Of a DNA stretch of 11,761 nt, positions 1-7,453 are shown in pieces. Location of the stretch: positions 1 to 11,761 of the forward strand of contig JAVYLQ010000017.1 in assembly GCA_038740615.1 (NCBI GenBank), read 5' to 3'. The position numbers were made by a program, and so were the translations under genes. Source of the DNA: Candidatus Anstonellales archaeon. GTDB taxonomy: Archaea > Micrarchaeota > Micrarchaeia > Anstonellales > J096. The first letter of the stretch is position 1. The number at the start of each line of letters is the position of its first letter. The notes below the pieces were generated by a model. That model made no database searches. It worked only from the letters and a program-made list of their open reading frames with translations, and was not told the DNA's origin.

Positions 1-2
1 CT

Positions 3-515
3 ATGTTAAGTAACTTAGCTCTGGCAGTCTATTTAAAGGATAATATCGTTGTAGAATTGGACGTATTAAACCTTAGAAAACAAGAGTGCATATATGGTAA
101 TATCGGAGATAGAGTAAATATAATACAATTGCATAAGGAAATTAGAGTCTTAGAGTTAAAGAATGGCACATGTTATACATATCCAAGTATGGAACAAGTT
201 GATTGTAAGAGTTGCAGTGGTGAACTGGGTATTATGAAGATATCGAAACATGTGAATATTTATCAAGATGCTCCCATCGCACAGAAACAGACTATAGCTC
301 AGAAGCAGAGCACAGATGATGACATGGATATGAATTATATAAAGAACAGAGCTAAAGAGATAGCTGCAGAGAATAAAGCTAAGATAAAAAGAATAGAGAT
401 AGATGAGGATGGAAATGCCTATGTGGTTGTGGATAGACCTATGAGGTTGATATTCATAGAACTTCCAATCAGAGAGGAAGCTAGAGTGGTAATAAAAAGG
501 AAATCTTATCCATAA
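3..515 (+). CDS. Hypothetical protein, possibly secreted or surface-associated; may be 5'-truncated by the window edge
   Basis: 170-codon ORF with purine-rich coding-like composition. The N-terminus (MLSNLALA|VYL) looks like the end of a signal peptide. It has four Cys (C29, C57, C68, C71), a low-complexity linker and a hydrophobic beta-like C-terminal segment (YVVVDRPMRLIFIELPI). No family recognised. Confidence 0.7.
   Translation: MLSNLALAVYLKDNIVVELDVLNLRKQECIYGNIGDRVNIIQLHKEIRVLELKNGTCYTYPSMEQVDCKSCSGELGIMKISKHVNIYQDAPIAQKQTIAQKQSTDDDMDMNYIKNRAKEIAAENKAKIKRIEIDEDGNAYVVVDRPMRLIFIELPIREEARVVIKRKSYP
276..311 (+). repeat. Imperfect 18-bp in-frame tandem duplication (IAQKQT/IAQKQS)
   Basis: ATCGCACAGAAACAGACT followed by ATAGCTCAGAAGCAGAGC; the differences are mostly at synonymous positions. 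Confidence 0.7.
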
Positions 516-532
516 GACATATAACTAATAAA

Positions 533-550
533 TTTCTTTTTATTTCTTTT
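533..550 (+). terminator. Oligo-T tract: candidate terminator for the upstream ORF, overlapping a candidate TATA box (TTTTTATT, 537-544) for ychF
   Basis: TTTCTTTTTATTTCTTTT begins 18 nt after the stop at 515. TTTTTATT starts 29 nt before the ATG at 566. Confidence 0.4.
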
Positions 551-565
551 GTATATATTTTACTG

Positions 566-1699
566 ATGATAGAGATTGGTGTTGTTGGCAAACCTTCTGT
601 GGGTAAATCCACATTCTTCTCTGCAGCAACGATGATAGATGTAGCTATAGATCCTCGTCCGTTTACCACTATAGAACCTAATACTGGTATAGGGTTTGTT
701 AGAGTTGAAGATATAGGTTTTGAGCTTGGTGTAACCTCCCAACCCAGAAATGGATTTATACTAGGTAAATATAGATTTGTTGGTGTAAAAATGATAGATG
801 TTGCAGGTTTGGTTCCTGGTGCGCACCAGGGACGTGGTCTTGGAAACAGATTTCTAAATGATCTAAATCAGGCAGAGGGATTAATCCATATTATTGATAT
901 GTCCGGATCTACTGATGAGGAAGGTAGGTTTATAGGTGTGGGAGCTAGAGATCCTGAGGATGATATCAAGTTTTTAGAGTATGAACTTGATATGTGGTAT
1001 AGAGATATATTAGAGAGAAACAGAGATAGGATACAGCGAGAGATTAGAGCTGGAAAGGAACCATGGGAAGCTCTTTATAATGTCTTCTCCTCCCTAAGAT
1101 TGAATAGGCAGGATGCTGAAATTGCTATGAAAAATTACGATCTCAATTCTGAAGAACTTCCTAGATTTCTGAGAGAGAGAAGTAAGAAAATAGTTATAGC
1201 TGGTAATAAGATGGATGTGGGGAAAGCTATGGAGAATTATGATAGGCTTAAGAAGAATTATGATATCATACCTGTATCTGCTGAGGCAGAATTAGCATTG
1301 AAAAGAGCTTCAAAACACGGCATTATAAGATATATTTATGGAGAGAAGGATTTTGAAATAATAGGGGAGTTAAGTGATCAGCAAAGGATAGCGTTAGAGA
1401 AAATAAGAAAAGTATTGCCTACGGGGGTTCAACAGGTAATTGAACATCTGGTCTTTGATGTTCTGAACTACATTGCTGTATTTCCAGCAGGAAGTAAATT
1501 AGTAGATAAGCAGGGTAGAGTATTACCTGACTGTTTTCTATTAAAAAGAGGTTCTAATCTAGAAGACTTTGCTTCAGCTATACATACAGATCTAGCTAAA
1601 CATTTGCTATATGGAATAGATGTTAGAACTAAACGCAGATTAGGTAAGGAATATATTTTACAACACCGAGATGGTATAGAGATAGTTGCTGCAAAATGA
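566..1699 (+). CDS. ychF: Archaeal YchF/Ola1-related OBG-family translation-associated GTPase/ATPase with C-terminal TGS domain
   Basis: G1 GKPSVGKST, G2 PFTTIEPN, G3 DVAGLVPGAHQGRGLGNRFL, G4 NKMD, PVSAEAEL, and a TGS-like C-terminus (LPDCFLL..GS...DFA..IHTDL). Confidence 0.93.
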   Translation: MIEIGVVGKPSVGKSTFFSAATMIDVAIDPRPFTTIEPNTGIGFVRVEDIGFELGVTSQPRNGFILGKYRFVGVKMIDVAGLVPGAHQGRGLGNRFLNDLNQAEGLIHIIDMSGSTDEEGRFIGVGARDPEDDIKFLEYELDMWYRDILERNRDRIQREIRAGKEPWEALYNVFSSLRLNRQDAEIAMKNYDLNSEELPRFLRERSKKIVIAGNKMDVGKAMENYDRLKKNYDIIPVSAEAELALKRASKHGIIRYIYGEKDFEIIGELSDQQRIALEKIRKVLPTGVQQVIEHLVFDVLNYIAVFPAGSKLVDKQGRVLPDCFLLKRGSNLEDFASAIHTDLAKHLLYGIDVRTKRRLGKEYILQHRDGIEIVAAK

Positions 1700-2529
1700 A
1701 CTACGAACAGTTATTTCAGAATGAGCTAAACAGAGTATTAATAGATTTATCTAGAGTTGATCTTTATAAATACAGAGCCTATAGACAGCTTAGATTGGAA
1801 GGATTCTACCCAGAATCTGGGGTATCTAATATAGATATTAAAGAATTGGCTATTGGGGAATGTCCAAAGATAAGACCTTTTGATTATACTTTGAAAGGTG
1901 ATATGATTATTAGCTTGTCTCGAGAGGCTTATAGGATATATAATGAATATTGGCTAGGAACAAAAGGGGCTTACAAAAAAGAAGAATTCAGCCCATATGT
2001 TATATTTGATAGATACGAGAGCGATTATATTCTATATAAATTAGGTAAGATTGATCAATTGAGAGAGGATTCTGAGATCTTTACACTGTTTAGAGATGCT
2101 GGTTATATAGTAAAGACTGGTTACAAGTATGGGGGGATATTTAGGATATATGGTTTGAACTATAAGAGAGATAGTAGAGAACATTCAAAGTATATTTTTA
2201 ATATAAATAGAGTGCTGAATTCCATAGAATTGCAGAGAATAGTGAGAGTCACAGAAGGAGTAAATAAGATTCCAATCTTTCCATATAGAAAAACTAATAA
2301 GAGATATAGAGAGCAATTTACAATGAGAAAGAATGATTATTATGGAATATACGTTTTTGGAGAGAATAGTAAAATAGATCTATCTATGGTTGTAGATTCT
2401 GCAATTCTAAACAGACGTAAACCACTCGTTACAATAGTAGATAGGGAAGGAGATATCCTTAGACTAGATATTGAGTTATTGAAATTAAGGGATAAATATT
2501 TTATAGCTATTTATAGAAATAGATCATAG
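1696..2529 (+). CDS. endA: tRNA-splicing (intron) endonuclease, probably a compact epsilon-type (alphaN-alpha-betaC) subunit
   Basis: The catalytic unit has FRDAGYIVKTGYKYGGIFRIY (Y152), REHSKY (H163) and RVTEGVNK (K191). A second YRQLRLEGF-type motif lies in the N-terminus and an L10-like VDREGD at the C-terminus. ATGA 4-nt overlap with ychF. Confidence 0.88.
   Translation: MNYEQLFQNELNRVLIDLSRVDLYKYRAYRQLRLEGFYPESGVSNIDIKELAIGECPKIRPFDYTLKGDMIISLSREAYRIYNEYWLGTKGAYKKEEFSPYVIFDRYESDYILYKLGKIDQLREDSEIFTLFRDAGYIVKTGYKYGGIFRIYGLNYKRDSREHSKYIFNINRVLNSIELQRIVRVTEGVNKIPIFPYRKTNKRYREQFTMRKNDYYGIYVFGENSKIDLSMVVDSAILNRRKPLVTIVDREGDILRLDIELLKLRDKYFIAIYRNRS
2499..2506 (+). promoter_or_regulatory. Candidate TATA box for tRNA-Ser, embedded in the endA 3' end
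   Basis: TTTTATAG at -30 to -23 relative to tRNA G1 (2529), preceded by purine-rich BRE-like AAGGGATAAA. A second TTTATAG lies at 2510-2516. Confidence 0.5.
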
Positions 2530-2612
2530 CCGGGATGGCAGAGCGGTCGATTGCGCTGGACTCGAGATCCAGTGCCCGAAAGGGTTCGGGGGTTCGAATC
2601 CCTCTCCCGGCG
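2529..2612 (+). tRNA. tRNA-Ser (anticodon CGA), intronless, CCA not encoded
   Basis: Acceptor stem GCCGGGA/TCCCGGC with discriminator G2612. D arm GCAGAGCGGTCGATTGC. Anticodon arm CTGGA-CTCGAGA-TCCAG (CGA at 2563-2565). Long variable arm GCCC-GAAA-GGGT. T arm GGGGG-TTCGAAT-CCCTC. Confidence 0.97.
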
Positions 2613-2614
2613 AT

Positions 2615-3130
2615 CTATATAAAATAGTTCTTGTAATTAAGCTTTATCTGTGCATTTGGTCTTATCATGGTAGAGAGATAATTTCCATTCATATAAACCT
2701 TTAGTTGGAGAGACGATTTATCATAAATTGGATTTTTTAAGAAAAGGGGTCTACCATAGGGATTGGGAGAAAACTCAAATACCACATCATTCACTCTAAA
2801 TACGATATCTGTGTAGTAATTACTTTTATTATTTATTTGATTCATATATCCATATCCTAAGTATAAGATTCTTGGATTTTCAAAGGCCAATATAAGTCTT
2901 AATAGTATATCTAATAGCTGTACAGCGCCAAACTCTGCATCAGTATCTATAAGCAACTTCCTATGCTCATGTGGTATAGATTTAATTATAATTCCTTTTA
3001 GGAACTTGTGAGTATTCAAGATCAGTTTTTCCTCATTTTTAGTATTCATAATTCTTCTTGCTAGACTCAATTCGCCATGAAGTTCATCCGCTCCATAGAT
3101 TATCTCAGCAAATCTTTTGGCTTGAATCAT
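2615..3130 (-). CDS. Hypothetical protein
   Basis: Open frame of about 171-174 codons with coding-like composition. Possible starts are ATG 3130, TTG 3139 or ATG 3049. The stop ends 2 nt from the tRNA 3' end. No family recognised. Confidence 0.7.
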   Translation of the reverse strand: MIQAKRFAEIIYGADELHGELSLARRIMNTKNEEKLILNTHKFLKGIIIKSIPHEHRKLLIDTDAEFGAVQLLDILLRLILAFENPRILYLGYGYMNQINNKSNYYTDIVFRVNDVVFEFSPNPYGRPLFLKNPIYDKSSLQLKVYMNGNYLSTMIRPNAQIKLNYKNYFI

Positions 3131-3532
3131 ATCACACAATACAGTGAGACAAGATCATCTAGAGCTATCGCCTCTATTATAGGAGCAAGGAGGATAGATG
3201 AAATAAAACAGAAACTGATAGATGCTAAACTAGAGTCCTATGAAATGTGGAAATTAGATTATATATTAAATAACGATTTAGAAATATACAGATCTATGAT
3301 AAATCCTTATGATGCAAGAGAGGTTAGATCTATGATAAAAAAATATTTAGAACTTATGAAAAATATAGATATGATAGAGAGGGTAGCTAGAAAAATACAT
3401 TTATGGGTGAAACTAGATTCTACTATTAAGAATTTCGAGAATATCGATCAGCAAACAGCAAGAGAGTTGATGAATTATCTATCAGGGGCTGTAGATAGTT
3501 TAAAGAATGTTAATTCCAGATCAGGTCCGTAG
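3077..3532 (+). CDS. Hypothetical, predicted alpha-helical protein; start uncertain
   Basis: 151-codon ORF, long for chance in AT-rich DNA, with a purine-rich + strand from about 3140. It overlaps both flanking minus-strand ORFs. Confidence 0.6.
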   Translation: MKFIRSIDYLSKSFGLNHITQYSETRSSRAIASIIGARRIDEIKQKLIDAKLESYEMWKLDYILNNDLEIYRSMINPYDAREVRSMIKKYLELMKNIDMIERVARKIHLWVKLDSTIKNFENIDQQTARELMNYLSGAVDSLKNVNSRSGP

Positions 3533-4368
3533 AAATCATCAGCTAGATTACCAGTTTTAAGATCGTTAAATGTAATCATATTTTGAGTAGAGTTATATCC
3601 TGGAGAAGGGAGTATCACATGGTATTTTAGATATTCCTTAGAGGTAACTGGATAATAGTAGCTTGCTACGCTATTAATCTCCTCTGTTTCTTCAGTGTTA
3701 AAATAAACTTGAAACAATTCTGGTAAGGTTTTTGAATCATATTTGTTTCTTTTCCTAGCATTTCTATAGAGATGAACATTAGATTTGGGATCCTGTAACA
3801 TAAATTCAAAATCTTTTAATTCTCTGAGGGTTTCTGCTAGTAGTTTTATCTCAACTTCCCATACAGGCGAAATATCTCCATTCAGATAAAATCCTTGTAC
3901 AGTATGAATGAGAATTTTATTTTTATGTAATATAGAGATAGGTATTCTATATAACTTTGATATTTGTATGTCAGAAACTATTCTATATATCACTAGATCC
4001 AGCATGCCCTCCCAATGAGGAAATGCAAAACTTACATTTCTTTTAATTCCAATTCTATTTACATAATTTGGTCTTTTACTCAAATATCTCTGTAATTTGT
4101 TATTGAAATGATATTCTATATCCTGTCTTAACCTATCCATGTTTTTCAATATATTTACATAACCATCAAAATCATAGCCAAGGTATTTTGCCCAGGCTGC
4201 AAGTATTACACTATAATTGTTTCTAAAATACATTTCAATCTGTAATTCACCTCTTAAAAACCTTGTTTTTGAACTTATATCAAATTTCTCCATTTCCTCC
4301 CAGATATTCTCTGGAGTAACTATAAACGGTTCTCTAGGTCTAACTCTAGCATTTATAGAGTTATTCAT
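3475..4368 (-). CDS. Hypothetical protein (weak resemblance to PD-(D/E)xK nuclease motifs)
   Basis: 297-codon ORF with its own TATA-like box (TTTAAAAA on the minus strand, 4399-4392) at -31 to -24. Confidence 0.8.
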   Translation of the reverse strand: MNNSINARVRPREPFIVTPENIWEEMEKFDISSKTRFLRGELQIEMYFRNNYSVILAAWAKYLGYDFDGYVNILKNMDRLRQDIEYHFNNKLQRYLSKRPNYVNRIGIKRNVSFAFPHWEGMLDLVIYRIVSDIQISKLYRIPISILHKNKILIHTVQGFYLNGDISPVWEVEIKLLAETLRELKDFEFMLQDPKSNVHLYRNARKRNKYDSKTLPELFQVYFNTEETEEINSVASYYYPVTSKEYLKYHVILPSPGYNSTQNMITFNDLKTGNLADDFYGPDLELTFFKLSTAPDR

Positions 4369-4391
4369 GTTCTAATTTTTCCAAAAAATAC

Positions 4392-4399
4392 TTTTTAAA
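4392..4399 (-). promoter_or_regulatory. Candidate TATA box for ORF 4368-3475
   Basis: TTTAAAAA on the minus strand, 31-24 nt upstream of the ATG at 4368. Confidence 0.5.
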
Positions 4400-4411
4400 T
4401 CAAAACTATTA

Positions 4412-6142
4412 TTAATTTACTTTTTTGCTATCCTTAGACCCTAGGTTTTTAAGTAGTTCTCTACCGATCTCCTCCTCTTTACCCTCTAACTCTTTAAATA
4501 TTTTTTCCAACTGATCTCTGGCCTTATTTATAACAATTCTATAATCTTGCTCTCCTTCTTGTACTTTTTCCAATTCTTCCTCTAATGCTCTAGTAAAACT
4601 TTCACTGAATAGATCAGGAACATAGTTATATAGAACATTCTTAATAACTCTACCTAATTCCGTAACATAGATTTTTCCCTTTTCCTGGTATATGTAACCT
4701 CTGCTAAAAAGAGTCTGAATAATTGCCGCTCTAGTAGCTTTAGTACCTAACTTTAGCTCTTCTAATCTGGACAGTATAGATACTTGATTATATCTAGAAG
4801 GCGGTTTAGTTTTGGATTTTCTAATTCTATAGTTTACTTCATATAAACCCGGATCAATAGATACTTCTTGGATATCTATTTTAGTATAAGGAAAAATTTC
4901 AAGATATCCTTGATCTTTTATAACTATTGATTTTGTTGTAAATATATCTCCTACATCTAATCTATATTCGCGTATTTCTAAAATCATAGGATCGGAGAGA
5001 GTTGCTAAGAAGGTTCTCACTATTATATCATATATCTTAGCCTCATCAGTAGTGATTTCAGCAGATATCCCTGTAGGATATATTGCAGGATGTGCAGGAT
5101 CTGTTTTCTTACCTGAAGTTGGGATAAGTCTATCTTTTGATATAATTTTTTGAATATAGCTTTTATGAATATTCAAGGATTCTAGTATTTTACGTATATT
5201 AAGATCTGGTGGATATCTCTGAGATGAAGTTCTAGGATAACTTATCATCCCTTTCTCATACAGGGACTGGGCTAAAGACAATGTTTTATTAGGAGGAATT
5301 TTATATATATAATAAGCTCTTTCCTGTAGCGTCATTAGATCTGGAGGGTAGATGTATCTTCTCTCTTCATTTATAATAAGTTCAACATTTCCCTCAGTAC
5401 TGAGATTAGAGATATATCTCTCTGCATCATCTTTAGAATCAAATCTCCTATCATTACTAAACTCCACATCACCAACTGTAGCAACCACACTAAAAATGTC
5501 TTTAGGAATAAATCTGTCTATATCATCATCTCTCTGAATTAATAGATTTAAAGAAGGGGCCTGCACTCTACCAATGCTTAATATATCCAAACCAGTATTC
5601 TTCACTGCTCTTAGACTTGCCATCAGAAATCTGGACAGATTAATTCCATAATACCAATCTACAATATGTCTTGCCTCTCCCGCATAAGCATTTGAATAAT
5701 CAAAATCAATCAGATTATTCCAGGATCTATTGAGTTCAGAGTAAGTTATTGATGAGAATTTCATTCTTAAAATATCTCTATCTCTTCCTAGAGCATATCT
5801 AGCGATGTTGTATCCAATTAAACTTCCTTCTATATCAAAATCTGTAGCAACTATCACTCTATTTGCATTCTCTCTTAGCATCTCCGCTAACTCTATGTAT
5901 GGTTTAGTATGCATAAGGTCTCTATCAACTTGATAAGCAGGTTTCCATGATATATCGAAAACAGGGTATCTCCAGTTCCTATCAATCTGATCTAGTTGAT
6001 AAACATGTCCTACTCCAGAAATAACCGCAATATCATCAGATCTAAAATATCCTATGTTCTTGTATCGAATGTATTTTACATTCCTGAATATTGATGCAAT
6101 TTTCCTAGCAACGTTAGGCTTTTCAGCGATTATAATATCCAC
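4412..6142 (-). CDS. topA: Type IA DNA topoisomerase (archaeal TopA/Topo III-like), core only, no C-terminal zinc ribbons
   Basis: TOPRIM motifs IIAEKP, GHV and ATDFDIEG; SIGRVQ; active site GMISYPRT; AHPAIYPT; LGTKATRA. GTG start at 6142. The protein has no Cys. Confidence 0.95.
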   Translation of the reverse strand: MDIIIAEKPNVARKIASIFRNVKYIRYKNIGYFRSDDIAVISGVGHVYQLDQIDRNWRYPVFDISWKPAYQVDRDLMHTKPYIELAEMLRENANRVIVATDFDIEGSLIGYNIARYALGRDRDILRMKFSSITYSELNRSWNNLIDFDYSNAYAGEARHIVDWYYGINLSRFLMASLRAVKNTGLDILSIGRVQAPSLNLLIQRDDDIDRFIPKDIFSVVATVGDVEFSNDRRFDSKDDAERYISNLSTEGNVELIINEERRYIYPPDLMTLQERAYYIYKIPPNKTLSLAQSLYEKGMISYPRTSSQRYPPDLNIRKILESLNIHKSYIQKIISKDRLIPTSGKKTDPAHPAIYPTGISAEITTDEAKIYDIIVRTFLATLSDPMILEIREYRLDVGDIFTTKSIVIKDQGYLEIFPYTKIDIQEVSIDPGLYEVNYRIRKSKTKPPSRYNQVSILSRLEELKLGTKATRAAIIQTLFSRGYIYQEKGKIYVTELGRVIKNVLYNYVPDLFSESFTRALEEELEKVQEGEQDYRIVINKARDQLEKIFKELEGKEEEIGRELLKNLGSKDSKKVN

Positions 6143-6164
6143 AACCTATTATAGAATCAAATCG

Positions 6165-6172
6165 TTTAAAAA
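6165..6172. promoter_or_regulatory. Candidate bidirectional TATA box shared by topA and cmk
   Basis: The palindromic TTTAAA (6165-6170) in a 49-bp divergent spacer starts 27 nt before the cmk ATG and, read on the minus strand, 28 nt before the topA GTG. Confidence 0.55.
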
Positions 6173-6191
6173 TCTATGGATATATTAAAAC

Positions 6192-6737
6192 ATGAAAATA
6201 GCTATATCTGGATATGTTGGTGTTGGTAAGACTACATTAGCGTATGAATTAAGTAAGTATATACTAAATAGATATGGTATTAAGATAGAGCTGATAATAC
6301 CATCATTCAAAGACATAGCTGCCTCTATGGGAATAACTCTTGAGCAGTTTCAGGAGATGGCAAAGAACAATCCTAATATAGATAAGGAGTTTGATAGATA
6401 TATAAAGGAGGAGGTGAAAAAACACAAGCATGCTATAATTGCAACATGGCTTGCAGTATGGACTATCCAGGATGCAGATCTGAAAATATTCTTAACAACT
6501 GATTTTGAAGAGAGGGTTAGAAGAATTATGAATAGAGATAATATGGATTACGAAGCTGCTAGGAAGCATATTCTATTAAGAGATAGACAGAACTATGAGA
6601 GGTACTTAGATGTGTATGGAATCGATATCAGCAGACCTTTTGATGTAGCTCACCTAATAATAAATACAACCTATTTTAGTGTTGATGATGAAATAGCTAT
6701 TATAGAAACAGCTTTGAGGAGAAAAGGTCTGTTGTAA
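6192..6737 (+). CDS. cmk: Cytidylate kinase, archaeal type
   Basis: P-loop ISGYVGVGKTT; FKDIA...G.TLEQF; IDKEFD; ADLKIFL; RVRRI..RD; RD..NYERY..VYGID; INT. Its position next to cbf5 matches the conserved archaeal neighbourhood. Confidence 0.9.
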   Translation: MKIAISGYVGVGKTTLAYELSKYILNRYGIKIELIIPSFKDIAASMGITLEQFQEMAKNNPNIDKEFDRYIKEEVKKHKHAIIATWLAVWTIQDADLKIFLTTDFEERVRRIMNRDNMDYEAARKHILLRDRQNYERYLDVYGIDISRPFDVAHLIINTTYFSVDDEIAIIETALRRKGLL

Positions 6738-7453
6738 TGGATGGGTTTATAATAGTTGACAAACCAACCAATATCATATCACACGATCTGACTGCTAAGA
6801 TTGGGAGATTATATAATAGTAGAGCTGGGCACTCTGGCACTCTGGATCCAAACGTAGGAGGTCTGATGATTATAGGCTTAGGTAGATACACCAGATTGCT
6901 AAGATTTTTTACCAGACTTGATAAGACATATGTATGTTTGGCAAAATTCAGAAAGCCGGTAGATGAGATTGTTGTTAGAGAATTGATGTCAAAACTGGGT
7001 AAGAATCTTCAGATTCCACCCTTACAGAGTGCTGTTGCTAAACGACCTAGATACAGGAATGTTTATGAATTGGAGATTCTAGAAATCTTTGGAAATAGAA
7101 TTCTGTTCAGAGCTAGAGTTGAATCCGGATTCTATATGAGAGTACTATGTGAACAGATAGGGGCGGAGATGGAGGATTTAAGAAGGATTGCAATAGGTAG
7201 AATTGATGAGAATTATGCGATGAGTGCTTATAGATTATTCAGATCTCCAGAGAGTGCTAGAATTTACAATATCGAAGAATTATTTCCGTATCTGAATATG
7301 GATAGATTGGATGTTGATATAAATATTTATAATAAGATAAAGAATGGAGCTCGAATAGATATTAAGCTCAAGAATTATACCGGTATGTTCTTTGAAAATA
7401 GATTGGTAGCTATAATGAACAGAGAATCAAAATACGAGATTGTTCTACACTAA
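6737..7453 (+). CDS. cbf5: Cbf5/TruB-family RNA pseudouridine synthase, shortened (no N-terminal extension, reduced PUA-like tail)
   Basis: Motif I IVDKP at the very N-terminus, catalytic motif AGHSGTLDP, archaeal-type QIPPLQSAV.KR.R.R.VY, ESGFYMR and MEDLRR. TAATG overlap with cmk. Confidence 0.9.
   Translation: MDGFIIVDKPTNIISHDLTAKIGRLYNSRAGHSGTLDPNVGGLMIIGLGRYTRLLRFFTRLDKTYVCLAKFRKPVDEIVVRELMSKLGKNLQIPPLQSAVAKRPRYRNVYELEILEIFGNRILFRARVESGFYMRVLCEQIGAEMEDLRRIAIGRIDENYAMSAYRLFRSPESARIYNIEELFPYLNMDRLDVDINIYNKIKNGARIDIKLKNYTGMFFENRLVAIMNRESKYEIVLH

Noticed and set aside
563..570. CTGA/TGATGA resembling C/D-box sRNA motifs
   Set aside because: The motifs overlap each other and the ychF start codon, with no properly spaced partner boxes.
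481..742. Short minus-strand ORFs 481-669 and 560-742
   Set aside because: Antisense shadows of the well-supported ychF gene, with no motifs.
2529..2612. Intron, split or permuted structure in the tRNA next to endA
   Set aside because: It folds as a complete 84-nt class II cloverleaf; the extra length is the normal Ser variable arm.
2615..3130. Faint transglutaminase/papain-like pattern in the orphan ORF
   Set aside because: No Cys-His-Asp catalytic residues at the expected positions; too weak to call without a profile search.
2590..4411. Integrated element (att site) at the tRNA-Ser 3' end
   Set aside because: I found no second copy of the tRNA 3' end, no integrase or transposase, and no obvious compositional shift in the window.
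5352..5537. 61-aa plus-strand ORF
   Set aside because: Ser/Leu-rich antisense shadow inside topA.
6828..6845. GGCACTCT x2 repeat at the Cbf5 catalytic motif; possible cbf5 pre-mRNA intron as in some Crenarchaeota
   Set aside because: The frame is continuous and encodes an intact GHSGTLDP. There is no insertion or BHB, and the repeat is explained by codon choice.
6700..6891. 63-aa minus-strand ORF
   Set aside because: Antisense to the cmk/cbf5 junction and the Cbf5 catalytic motifs.
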